From Candidatus Gottesmanbacteria bacterium (lineage in GTDB: Bacteria > Patescibacteriota > Microgenomatia > UBA10105 > UBA927): a DNA stretch of 64,000 nucleotides. The notes under the pieces were generated by a model. It had not been told where the DNA came from. It did no database searches and worked only from the letters and a program-made list of their open reading frames with translations. Where the stretch lies: the NCBI GenBank assembly GCA_963790805.1, contig CAWBPL010000002.1:640696-704695 (forward strand), in the 5' to 3' direction. This document shows, piece by piece, positions 28,640 to 37,621 of this stretch (its first letter is position 1; each line of letters opens with the position of its first letter). Position numbers and translations under genes: made by a program.

Positions 28640-28767
28640 ACCGTCGGTAAGAGGGAATATGACAATAGTATAAATTATAGAGGTTTGACTTTCTACCTTA
28701 AGATATTCATGGTGTTCAAGTACAGCAGTCTTGAGTTTTATACATGTTCGCCTATAATGCGAGGGCT

Positions 28768-29553
28768 ATGAAAACAGTGATTCTTTGCGGAGGAATAGGA
28801 TACCGGTTAAAAGAAGAAACGGAATTTAAGCCGAAACCCATGGTCCTCGTCGGCAATAAACCGATACTCTGGCATATCATGAAAATTTATGCTCACTTCG
28901 GATTTAAAGAATTTATTATCGCTCTCGGGTATAAAGGCGAGTACATAAAAGATTATTTTTTGAATCAGAAATATTTTCTCCACGATTTTACACTCCACAC
29001 CAAAAGCGGACATACAACGATTCATCGGGTATCTGATGATCATCTGACGATGGATGATTTTACCATTACGTTTGTGGATACTGGGCAGGAGACATTACCG
29101 GGTGAAAGGATTCTTCGCGTCCGTGATTTTATACCCAAAAATGATGATGAATTTATGGTTACCTATGGTGATGGGTTGGGAGATGTTGATATAAAAAAGC
29201 TCATTGCTTTTCATCATAAACATAAAACAATAGGCACGCTCACAGGTGTCCATCCGCGCAGTAAATTCGGATTAGTGCGCCTGAATACTGAGAATAAAGT
29301 AACGGGATTTTTAGAAAAACCGTCGCTTAAGGAATGGGTGAATGGGGGATTTATGATATTTAACAAGAAATTTTTTAAATACCTAAAACCCAATGAATAT
29401 GAACATGTTGCTATCAATCGGCTGGTTCAAGAAGATGAGCTTTCCATCTATACACATGAGGGATTTTGGCATTCGATGGATACTTATTCAGATGTCGAGA
29501 GTCTCAATAAACTTTGGGTCACGAACCCGCTTTGGAAGATCTGGCACGATTAA
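28768..29553 (+). CDS. rfbF: Glucose-1-phosphate cytidylyltransferase
   Basis: MKTVILCGGIGYRLKEETEFKPKPMVLVGNKPILWHIMKIYAHFGFKEFIIALGYKGEYIKDYF is the characteristic RfbF N-terminus. A TATAAT box lies at 28753-28758. An alternative ATG exists at 28744. Confidence 0.85.
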   Translation: MKTVILCGGIGYRLKEETEFKPKPMVLVGNKPILWHIMKIYAHFGFKEFIIALGYKGEYIKDYFLNQKYFLHDFTLHTKSGHTTIHRVSDDHLTMDDFTITFVDTGQETLPGERILRVRDFIPKNDDEFMVTYGDGLGDVDIKKLIAFHHKHKTIGTLTGVHPRSKFGLVRLNTENKVTGFLEKPSLKEWVNGGFMIFNKKFFKYLKPNEYEHVAINRLVQEDELSIYTHEGFWHSMDTYSDVESLNKLWVTNPLWKIWHD

Positions 29554-30901
29554 CGTGTGGATGGATAATCTGTGCGATCCAGAAGAACGAAAAAAGATAA
29601 AAAACCGTTTGTCCTGCGCCTACCAACCGTCCCCATTCACCGTATCCATACACAAGCGTGACTCCAATTTGATATATCGAAAGCAAGCCGAGAAACATAA
29701 GCGCCGCAACGCGAAAGTTTTTCCGTGAAAAAAATGAAGCGAACGTAATGGGAAGGAATACAAAAATAGCAAACGTGACGTATTGCATGTATTTGTAGAC
29801 TGTAAACAGTGAAGTAAATACCGCGCGAAGCGGAGGCGATTTGATTGATCCGATAGGGAGAAGATCGTCAGCAGGCGTATCCGTGAGTGCATGAGGCAGG
29901 TCGGTGAGTACAGAGCCGAAGTATTGAGGGAATGTCCCGATCATAACCTGTCGGGTGAATTTTTGAAGGTCATTCATGCGCCCGGAGTTATAAAACATCG
30001 AAGGGTCGTAAAAACTCAAGTACCAATAGGGCATTTGGGTGTTGCCGCCGCGGGCTCGGTAGTCATTGACAGTTGTATAAAAAAACGGAACATCGCGACC
30101 GGATTCCACTGGGATATTAAAGCGCAAGATTCTTCCCATAACATTAATATCAGCAATTTGTGTGACACCGGCATAATTGTGAATTGTCACATTTTTGTAG
30201 ATATACAAACCCGGTATGAGAAAGTAGACGATGAGTATAATTACCGTAAACCATGTAACCCAGCGTTTTTTGTGGTAGAGGGCAATAATGGGAAGCAAAA
30301 GAATTGGTAGCAGTACATATGATGGCCGTACAAAAAATCCGATGATAAAGAGGACGAGTACGGCGAGAAATTTTTTCCATGACGGATTTTTCAGCGTAAT
30401 AATGTAAACGAACACAAGAAGCATAAGCCAAAAGGTGGTTATTGATTCAGTAAGGATCGTCCGTTCTTGCCAAAACAGCATAATATCCATGCCGATAAAC
30501 AGGCAACAACAATATGCCCATACGTTTCGTATCTTGAGTTGTCGCAACGTTATATAGAGAAGTGGTATTTCAAGAACTCCAAGAATTGTTTGGGTATAGA
30601 CGACAATATTTAATCCCTGATAAAACGATCTGCTGTAAAGTGCTGCGTTGAAATGCCCCGATAAAAACATAATAAGAGCGAGGAAAATTGGGTATCCGGG
30701 AGTCCGGTAATTATTAAAAAAATATGCAAGAAAGTTGTCGGTAAACAGATGGTTTGCGTAGTAATAATAATTCCCGCTGTCATCAGTGAATATCGGATAC
30801 TGCGTTGTACTCATATAGAGAATCCGGATTCCCAAAACGATAAGAACAATGACTGGAATTACGATCCATGGAGTTGAAAATCGGGAGATAATTTTTTTCA
30901 T
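29519..30901 (-). CDS. GT-C glycosyltransferase, GT39/ArnT-like (family B, member 3)
   Basis: 460 aa with the family B motif. Its 3' end overlaps rfbF by 35 nt (convergent). Confidence 0.6.
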   Translation of the reverse strand: MKKIISRFSTPWIVIPVIVLIVLGIRILYMSTTQYPIFTDDSGNYYYYANHLFTDNFLAYFFNNYRTPGYPIFLALIMFLSGHFNAALYSRSFYQGLNIVVYTQTILGVLEIPLLYITLRQLKIRNVWAYCCCLFIGMDIMLFWQERTILTESITTFWLMLLVFVYIITLKNPSWKKFLAVLVLFIIGFFVRPSYVLLPILLLPIIALYHKKRWVTWFTVIILIVYFLIPGLYIYKNVTIHNYAGVTQIADINVMGRILRFNIPVESGRDVPFFYTTVNDYRARGGNTQMPYWYLSFYDPSMFYNSGRMNDLQKFTRQVMIGTFPQYFGSVLTDLPHALTDTPADDLLPIGSIKSPPLRAVFTSLFTVYKYMQYVTFAIFVFLPITFASFFSRKNFRVAALMFLGLLSIYQIGVTLVYGYGEWGRLVGAGQTVFYLFSFFWIAQIIHPHVNRARSSKAGS

Positions 30902-30943
30902 GACGCGTGTGAAATGATTTAATTTCTATTATATACCGCAAAA

Positions 30944-31031
30944 ACTCAGGTTTGTAATTAAGTTTTTGAGTATAGACCCATCTAATCAGATTTTTCGTCC
31001 CAAGAGACTGTAAATCTGAGTAAGATGGGTC
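30944..31031 (+). ncRNA. Structured leader-like RNA motif, copy 2 (unclassified)
   Basis: The hairpin spans 30975-31031. The outer stem is GACCCATCT/AGATGGGTC and the inner stem is TCAGATTT/AAATCTGA. The apical stem GTC/GAC sits in an 18-nt cap, as in copy 1. The 5' ACTCAGG lies at 30944-30950. Confidence 0.5.
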
Positions 31032-31103
31032 TACATATCCGGTCGATTGTTTTTTGTAACTGCTGACGTATAATGTGAACACCTTCTGAAACTGCCCCGC
31101 CGA

Positions 31104-32075
31104 ATGAATGATATGGCACGAAAAACTCGATTAGCTGATAAAACAATTCTGGTTACCGGCGGTACCGGATTTGTGGGAAGTCATTTGGTTGAGAAATTAT
31201 GCGCTTCCGGCGCTCGCGTTGTTGTTCCCTATAGAAGCGTTGATCCAAAGAGTTACTTCGCCATACAAAAACTTCAAACAAAGGCCGTCATGACCATTGC
31301 AGATCTTAAGAATTACACAAGAGTTCTTGATATCGTGACAAAGTATGAAATTACGCACATTTTTCATCTTGCAGCGCAGCCCATTGTAACAACTGCATAT
31401 ATAAATCCGCTGGAAACCATGGCGTCAAATGTTATGGGGACTGCTCATATACTTGAAGCCGCGCGGGTGTCCGGCGTCAAAGGCGTTATCATAACGTCTT
31501 CAGATAAGGCCTACGGCAAAAGCAAAAAACAGTATGAGGAAACTGATCCTTTAAGAGGTGATCATCCATACGAGGCTTCCAAAAGTGCGGCTGATCTTCT
31601 CGCCCATTCGTATTGGAAAACGTATCGTTTGCCGGTCGTCGTTACACGGTTTGGGAATATTTATGGACCCGGAGACCTTAATTTTTCCCGTATTGTACCC
31701 GGCATCATGAAAGCCATTTTTGATAAAGAGGTATTGCATCTTCGAAGTGACGGGACGTTTGTCCGTGATTATGTCTACGTCGGGGACATTGTGTCGGCGT
31801 ATATGTGGATACTCGATCATTTCGATTTGGTCCGTGGTGAAGCCCTCAACGTAGCATCCGATACATCCGTATCTGTGTTGGATCTCATTAAAAAGTCCAA
31901 ATCCATTCTTCATAAACCGATCCGCTATTCGATTGATAAAACTGAGGTCAACGAGATTACGTATCAACATTTGTCGTACGAAAAAATAAAAAAGCTCGGC
32001 TGGCGGCCGCATATTTCTCTTAAACAGGGTTTGACGCAAACGTATAAGTGGTATAAAAAATATTCGCGAACCTAA
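31104..32075 (+). CDS. rfbG: NDP-hexose 4,6-dehydratase, probably CDP-glucose 4,6-dehydratase
   Basis: ILVTGGTGFVGSH, NVMGT, SSDKAYG and YEASK (YxxxK) are present. Its position between rfbF and rfbH supports a CDP-glucose substrate. A TATAAT box lies at 31069-31074. Confidence 0.6.
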   Translation: MNDMARKTRLADKTILVTGGTGFVGSHLVEKLCASGARVVVPYRSVDPKSYFAIQKLQTKAVMTIADLKNYTRVLDIVTKYEITHIFHLAAQPIVTTAYINPLETMASNVMGTAHILEAARVSGVKGVIITSSDKAYGKSKKQYEETDPLRGDHPYEASKSAADLLAHSYWKTYRLPVVVTRFGNIYGPGDLNFSRIVPGIMKAIFDKEVLHLRSDGTFVRDYVYVGDIVSAYMWILDHFDLVRGEALNVASDTSVSVLDLIKKSKSILHKPIRYSIDKTEVNEITYQHLSYEKIKKLGWRPHISLKQGLTQTYKWYKKYSRT

Positions 32076-32141
32076 ATTATTTTATATTGACAAGATTGTA
32101 ATTTCTGTTACAGTTTTTGTTGTGTCAGTAAATATACATAT

Positions 32142-33929
32142 ATGAAACTATCAGATTATCTAGCGGAGTTTTTGGTCAAAGAGGGGATTCATCACGTTTT
32201 CCAAATCATTGGCGGGGCATCGGTTCACATGGTGAACTCGCTTGCCGATGCAAAAGGCATGCAGTATATCTGTGTCCAGCACGAGCAGGCGGGCGCAATG
32301 GCTGCCGAAGCGTATTCACGGATAACGAAAAATATGGGCGCTGCGATGGCAACCAGCGGCCCCGGCATGACGAATCTTATAACCGGTATTGCGTGTGCGT
32401 ATTTTGATTCAATTCCGACTCTCTATATCACCGGTCAGGTCAATACGTTTGAATCGAAAGAGGGCAGAAAAGTCCGTCAGGTCGGGTTCCAAGAAACCGA
32501 TATTGTTGCCGTCGTACAATCTTTGACCAAATATGCGGTACGGGTAGACAATGCTTCGGATATCCGCTACGAACTTGAAAAAGCTGTGTATATCGCAAAA
32601 TCAGGGCGCCCCGGCCCCGTTATAGTGGATGTTCCGATGAATATTCAGCGGGCCGACATAAAGCCCCAAACACTCAAACGGTTTGATCCGAAAGAGTATG
32701 TGCCAGATGTTGATGCGGCTTCTTATGTAAAACAAAAAATCCATGATGCATGGAAAAAACTTGCTCAGGCCAAGCGCCCAGTCCTTATTGCCGGTGGAGC
32801 TATCCGCTATGCAGATCAAATACAGGTGTTTGAAGATCTCGTGAACCGTTTGGGAATTCCGGTTGTATCTACATGGAGCGGCATTGACGTACTTCCCCAT
32901 GACCATCCCCTCTATCGGGGACAGATGGGTGTCTACGGTAACAGGGCAGCCAATTTTACGATCCAAAATAGCGATTGTATTCTGAGTATCGGCAGCCGTC
33001 TGGATACGCGCATTACCGGCGGAAAACCGGAAACATTTGCCCGCGAGGCGTTTAAGATCGTTGTTGATATTGACCGGGCCGAGATCTACAAAAATCGGGG
33101 ATTCAATCCCGACATCGGCATCTGTGCGGATGTACGCGATGTGATTCCATTGTTCCTTAAAGAAGTAAAAACATCTCATGAAAAACAAGCAGACTGTTCT
33201 TCTTGGGTGAAAAGTACGAAGACGTGGACAGGTGAGTTTCCCTCAGTATTGCCCGAGTGGCGCAAGCGTACCTCACTGGTTGATCCGTATGTTTTTATTG
33301 AACGGCTTTCCGAGCTTTTGCCGTCGAACGCTACAGTTGTTACCGATTGTGGGGCAAATCTAACATGGACCGTACAGGCCTTTCATGTACGCCGCGGCCA
33401 GCGGCTATTTTCCGCGATGGGAAATTCTCCCATGGGGTATGCATTTCCGGCGGCAATCGGAGCCTCAATTGCATTAGGCAACAAACCGGTTATCGGGATT
33501 ATCGGTGACGGGGGAGTACAGATTAACATTCAGGAGCTCCAGACGCTTGTCCATTACAAAGTGCCGGTCAAATTATTTATTCTTAATAATCACTCGTATG
33601 GTATCATCATGCAATTTCAGGAGATGTATTTTAACGGTAAATACGAGGCGACGATTCCGCAAAAAGGGTACAGTATGCCGGATTTTCTGGCGCTTGCAAA
33701 AGCCTACGGGTTGCCGTCAGTAAGCATATCAACCCACAAAGAGCTGGACCGGAAAATAAAAGCAGTCCTTGCGATGAAGGGACCGGTTGTTTGTGACGTT
33801 CATCTGCCTACGCATGCAAAGCTTATTCCTAAATTGTCTTTTGGTAACCCCATCGAAGATCTTTCGCCGGCGCTTTCCGATGAAGTATTTAACAGGCACA
33901 TGCTTATTGCAGCATTACCACGAAAATGA
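32142..33929 (+). CDS. Thiamine-diphosphate-dependent enzyme, acetolactate-synthase-large-subunit family (YerE-like branched-sugar synthase candidate)
   Basis: 595 aa with the three-domain AHAS-like layout. The ThDP motif IIGDGGVQINIQELQTLVHYKVPVKLFILNNHSYG (GDG-x24-NN) is present. The N-terminal GPGMTNLITGIA is typical of the family. Confidence 0.75.
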   Translation: MKLSDYLAEFLVKEGIHHVFQIIGGASVHMVNSLADAKGMQYICVQHEQAGAMAAEAYSRITKNMGAAMATSGPGMTNLITGIACAYFDSIPTLYITGQVNTFESKEGRKVRQVGFQETDIVAVVQSLTKYAVRVDNASDIRYELEKAVYIAKSGRPGPVIVDVPMNIQRADIKPQTLKRFDPKEYVPDVDAASYVKQKIHDAWKKLAQAKRPVLIAGGAIRYADQIQVFEDLVNRLGIPVVSTWSGIDVLPHDHPLYRGQMGVYGNRAANFTIQNSDCILSIGSRLDTRITGGKPETFAREAFKIVVDIDRAEIYKNRGFNPDIGICADVRDVIPLFLKEVKTSHEKQADCSSWVKSTKTWTGEFPSVLPEWRKRTSLVDPYVFIERLSELLPSNATVVTDCGANLTWTVQAFHVRRGQRLFSAMGNSPMGYAFPAAIGASIALGNKPVIGIIGDGGVQINIQELQTLVHYKVPVKLFILNNHSYGIIMQFQEMYFNGKYEATIPQKGYSMPDFLALAKAYGLPSVSISTHKELDRKIKAVLAMKGPVVCDVHLPTHAKLIPKLSFGNPIEDLSPALSDEVFNRHMLIAALPRK

Positions 33930-35125
33930 AAAAACAATTATCCCGATTTACTCTTGCTGCGCGCACCAATGTTCTTGCTCCCGAAGGGGCGTATTTTATG
34001 TTAACGCAGGCGACCGCCTTGGAAAGAAAAGGGATATCAATCGTACATTTTGAAATAGGTCAACCCGATTACCCGACGCCGGCACATATAGTTGAAGCGG
34101 GGGTGAGAGCTCTCCACGAGGGTAAAACCAAATATACGCCACCATTAGGAATTTATGAACTTCGTGAAGCTATAGCCACCCGTATAACTAAATCCCGTGG
34201 AATTAAAACCGTTGCCGAAGAAGTCGCTGTGACCCCAAGCGGCAAGACTGCTCTATTTGCTGCAATGGCAGCAGTGTTAAATCCGCGGGATGAAGTATTA
34301 TATCCTGATCCGGGGTTTCCGACGTACCGGACGCTTATAGATTTTTTGGGAGCAGTAGGCAAGCCGGTGCCTCTTCGCGAGTCGCGCCATTTTAGTTTTG
34401 ATCTGGATGTGTTTGCGAGGCAGATCACCAAAAAAACAAAACTGGTTATATTGAATTCTCCCAGTAACCCTACCGGCGGGTATATACCGCGCGCGGATAT
34501 TCGGCGCATTGCATCACTTGTAAAAAAGACAAATGCATGGGTTATGACTGATGAAATGTACAGCGACTTACCATATACCGACGAGCCGTACGCAAGTATT
34601 TATAGTGAACCCGGCATGAAGGAGCGCACCATCCTCGTTCACGGATTTTCAAAAACGTATGCCATGACAGGGTGGCGACTTGGCTATCTGGTTGTTCCGG
34701 AAAGAATAATACATATTATTGATTATTTACTGACACATACAGTCGGATGTACTGCGAGTTTCACACAAGAGGCGGGTATTGCAGCTCTTCAGGGGACGCA
34801 AAAAGATGTGAAAACTATGGTTTCGAGTTATCACAAACGCAGAGATTATATTGTACGCGTACTGAATGAAATACCGGGAATTCACTGTGAAGTACCGCAA
34901 GGCGCATTTTATGTATTTCCGAATATTTCATCCTTTGGCCTGTCCTCTCAAAAACTTGCACTCTATTTACTTCATGAAGCGCACGTGGCATTATTACCCG
35001 GAACAGCATTCGGGTCGTACGGAGAAGGATACGTCCGCATTTCCTACGCGACGAGTATGTCCCAACTCAAAGAAGGTGTCCGTCGAATTGCGTTGGCACT
35101 TGCCAAGCTGTCACCCAAGCGCTGA
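33926..35125 (+). CDS. PLP-dependent aminotransferase, class I (AspAT-like)
   Basis: SKTYAMTGWRLGY (PLP lysine motif) and NSPSNPTG. 399 aa. There is a 4-nt overlap with the upstream gene. Confidence 0.8.
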   Translation: MKKQLSRFTLAARTNVLAPEGAYFMLTQATALERKGISIVHFEIGQPDYPTPAHIVEAGVRALHEGKTKYTPPLGIYELREAIATRITKSRGIKTVAEEVAVTPSGKTALFAAMAAVLNPRDEVLYPDPGFPTYRTLIDFLGAVGKPVPLRESRHFSFDLDVFARQITKKTKLVILNSPSNPTGGYIPRADIRRIASLVKKTNAWVMTDEMYSDLPYTDEPYASIYSEPGMKERTILVHGFSKTYAMTGWRLGYLVVPERIIHIIDYLLTHTVGCTASFTQEAGIAALQGTQKDVKTMVSSYHKRRDYIVRVLNEIPGIHCEVPQGAFYVFPNISSFGLSSQKLALYLLHEAHVALLPGTAFGSYGEGYVRISYATSMSQLKEGVRRIALALAKLSPKR

Positions 35126-35158
35126 TATCTAAAGAGCTTTAGAATAACAGATACCGCT

Positions 35159-36028
35159 ATGAAACAGTATTCCTTCAAGGAACTTACAACTATTGCCCGA
35201 GAGGTGAGACGCGAGATTCTATCCATGAGTTATCGTGCGCAAAGCGCTCACATGGGCGGATCACTTTCCTGCGTTGAAATTCTTGTTTCGTTATATTTTT
35301 CCGTCATGCACATTGATCCCAAAAAACCGGAAGATCCAAAGCGCGACCGGTTGATTTTCAGCAAAGCGCATGATGCAAAAGCGCTGTATGCGGTACTGGC
35401 ACGGCGGGGATTTTTTAGCCGGAAATTTCTTGAGAGATATGAACTCGATGGGGGAAAGCTTCCCGGACACTCGACGCGTCACTGCGTGCCGGGAGTGGAA
35501 GCTTCAGCGGGGTCGCTGGGACACGGACTTTCCATGGCTGCAGGAGTAGCTTTTGCGTTGAGATTGGCTCGGGATAACAAAATTTTTCTTAAGCGATCAG
35601 CGAAAAATGTATTATCCTTCGGCTTTCCTCGGGTTTTTTGTATTCTCTCTGACGGCGAATGCGATGAGGGGTCGACGTGGGAAGCCGCGTTATTTGCCGG
35701 ACATCACAAACTTGAGAACCTTACCGTCATCGTCGATTACAACAAACTGCAGGGATTCGGATGTACGAAAGATATTCTTGATTTGGAACCGTTTGCGGAT
35801 AAATGGAGGGCTTTCGGATTTTCCGTACGGGAGGTCGAGGGGAATTCGTTTGGGCAGTTAACGCAAATCCTTTCATCCGTGCCGTTTGCAAAAGGAAAAC
35901 CGTCAGTCGTTCTCGCCCATACGATAAAAGGCTTGGGCGGGCCGAAGCGGCATATCAATCAGATATCGTCACAATACAATCCGCCGACAAGAGAAGAATA
36001 TGAAGCGCTCTTAAAACAATTATCATGA
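35159..36028 (+). CDS. Transketolase, N-terminal (ThDP-binding) subunit
   Basis: GHSTRHCVPGVEASAGSLGHGLSMAAG and LSDGECDEGSTWEAALFAGHHKLENLTVIVDYNKLQ (GDG..EG...N motif). Confidence 0.8.
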   Translation: MKQYSFKELTTIAREVRREILSMSYRAQSAHMGGSLSCVEILVSLYFSVMHIDPKKPEDPKRDRLIFSKAHDAKALYAVLARRGFFSRKFLERYELDGGKLPGHSTRHCVPGVEASAGSLGHGLSMAAGVAFALRLARDNKIFLKRSAKNVLSFGFPRVFCILSDGECDEGSTWEAALFAGHHKLENLTVIVDYNKLQGFGCTKDILDLEPFADKWRAFGFSVREVEGNSFGQLTQILSSVPFAKGKPSVVLAHTIKGLGGPKRHINQISSQYNPPTREEYEALLKQLS

Positions 36029-36939
36029 GAACGACATTTGCACAAACATTATTGCATCTTGCACATAAAGATCCGCGAATTATGCTTCTGACCGGAGATT
36101 TAGGATATGCCGTTTTTGAATCTTGGCAACGGGAAATTCCGAAGCAGTTATTGAATATGGGCGTTGCTGAACAGAATATGACAGGAGTTGCCGCAGGACT
36201 CGCGATGGAGGGATTGAGGCCGGTTATCTATTCTATAGTACCGTTTGCGACCATGCGGAATTTTGAGCAAATACGAAATGACATTTGTTACCAGAATTTG
36301 AACGTAAAGATTGTCGGCGTGGGCGCTGGTTTTTCGTATGGTCCGTACGGTCATACACATCACGGTCTGGAAGATATTGGAATTCTTCGGACGTTACCCA
36401 ACATTGTCATCCTTGCACCGGGTGATCCGGTTGAAGCTGAATTAGCCACAAAGGCCATGATGGCGCATCGTGGTCCCGTGTATCTGCGACTGGGGAAGGC
36501 GAGTGAACCCGTGTTATACGAAAAGAATCCCGATTTTCGCATCGGAAAGGGGATTCTTATGAAGGAAGGCCACGATGTGACGCTTATTGCTGCATCAACG
36601 ATGCTTGAACACGCTGTTGCAGCCGCTGATTTTTTACGTACAAACAATGTGAGCGTCCGTCTGGTGAGCATGCCCTCAATAAAACCGTTGGATGAAGTAA
36701 TAATTTTGGATTCAATGAAAAAAACCCGCGTGATGGTTACGGTTGAAGAACATAGTATTATTGGGGGATTGGGGAGCGCCGTCTCTGAAGTCGTTGCCCA
36801 GTCCGGCAGGGGAGTGACGTTTAAGCGAATTGCCGTACCTGATCGCATTACCAAAGGCATGGGACGGCAGGAATATATGCGCGAGCAAAGCGGGCTTATG
36901 GTAAAACAGATTGTACAGACAATTCAGACATTGGTATAG
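36025..36939 (+). CDS. Transketolase, C-terminal (pyrimidine-binding) subunit
   Basis: NMGVAEQNMTGVAAGLA, FATMRNFEQIRN and GPYGHTHHGLEDIG. There is a 4-nt ATGA overlap with the N-terminal subunit. Confidence 0.8.
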   Translation: MRTTFAQTLLHLAHKDPRIMLLTGDLGYAVFESWQREIPKQLLNMGVAEQNMTGVAAGLAMEGLRPVIYSIVPFATMRNFEQIRNDICYQNLNVKIVGVGAGFSYGPYGHTHHGLEDIGILRTLPNIVILAPGDPVEAELATKAMMAHRGPVYLRLGKASEPVLYEKNPDFRIGKGILMKEGHDVTLIAASTMLEHAVAAADFLRTNNVSVRLVSMPSIKPLDEVIILDSMKKTRVMVTVEEHSIIGGLGSAVSEVVAQSGRGVTFKRIAVPDRITKGMGRQEYMREQSGLMVKQIVQTIQTLV

Positions 36940-36949
36940 AATACAGTTT

Positions 36950-37618
36950 ATGAAGAAAATAACAAAAAATTTCCCGAAGCACGTCCGCGCCGTTTTATTT
37001 GATTATGACGGCGTCATTGTCGACTCCATGGAAGATAATTTTCACGCATGGGAGCGCGCGTTTGCTGATTATCACGTCGCCATTGCCAGAAAAAGCTTTT
37101 TTCCGCTTGAAGGCATGAGTCCGTTTGGCATAACTTCAGCGTTGGGTCAACAGTATCATGTACCAAAACGCCATTATAAAACCATTTCAACGGCTAAAGA
37201 TGCGTATTATTACAAATATCATGTATTCCGGTTATTTCCCAACGTTACGGAAACGTTAGAGACATTAAAACGCTGGGGAATAAGAATAGGATTAGTGACC
37301 GGTGGCATACAAGAACGCCTTTTGAAGGCCACTCCAGAGGCTGTATTGGCACTTTTTGATGTTATTGTGACGAGTGAAATGGTTACCAACACAAAACCGG
37401 ACCCTGAACCGTATGCAAAAGCGCTTGAACTTTTATTCATTCCGCCAACCGAGGCGCTGGTTGTTGAAAATGCCGTACTAGGTGTTATGTCAGCTCAAAC
37501 TGCGGGTATCTATTGTTTAGCCGTGCCGACCACGTCTCCCTGCAGCAAACTTGATGCGGATTATTGCATGAAATCCATTTCAGAAATACCTGCTCTTATA
37601 ACTGCGCACAAAGGATAA
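36950..37618 (+). CDS. HAD-superfamily phosphatase/phosphomutase (beta-PGM-like)
   Basis: Motif I is AVLFDYDGVIVDS (DxDG), followed by VTGG and ENAVLGVMSAQTAG. ATG 36950 follows the upstream stop at 36939. Confidence 0.7.
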   Translation: MKKITKNFPKHVRAVLFDYDGVIVDSMEDNFHAWERAFADYHVAIARKSFFPLEGMSPFGITSALGQQYHVPKRHYKTISTAKDAYYYKYHVFRLFPNVTETLETLKRWGIRIGLVTGGIQERLLKATPEAVLALFDVIVTSEMVTNTKPDPEPYAKALELLFIPPTEALVVENAVLGVMSAQTAGIYCLAVPTTSPCSKLDADYCMKSISEIPALITAHKG

Positions 37619-37621
37619 CGT

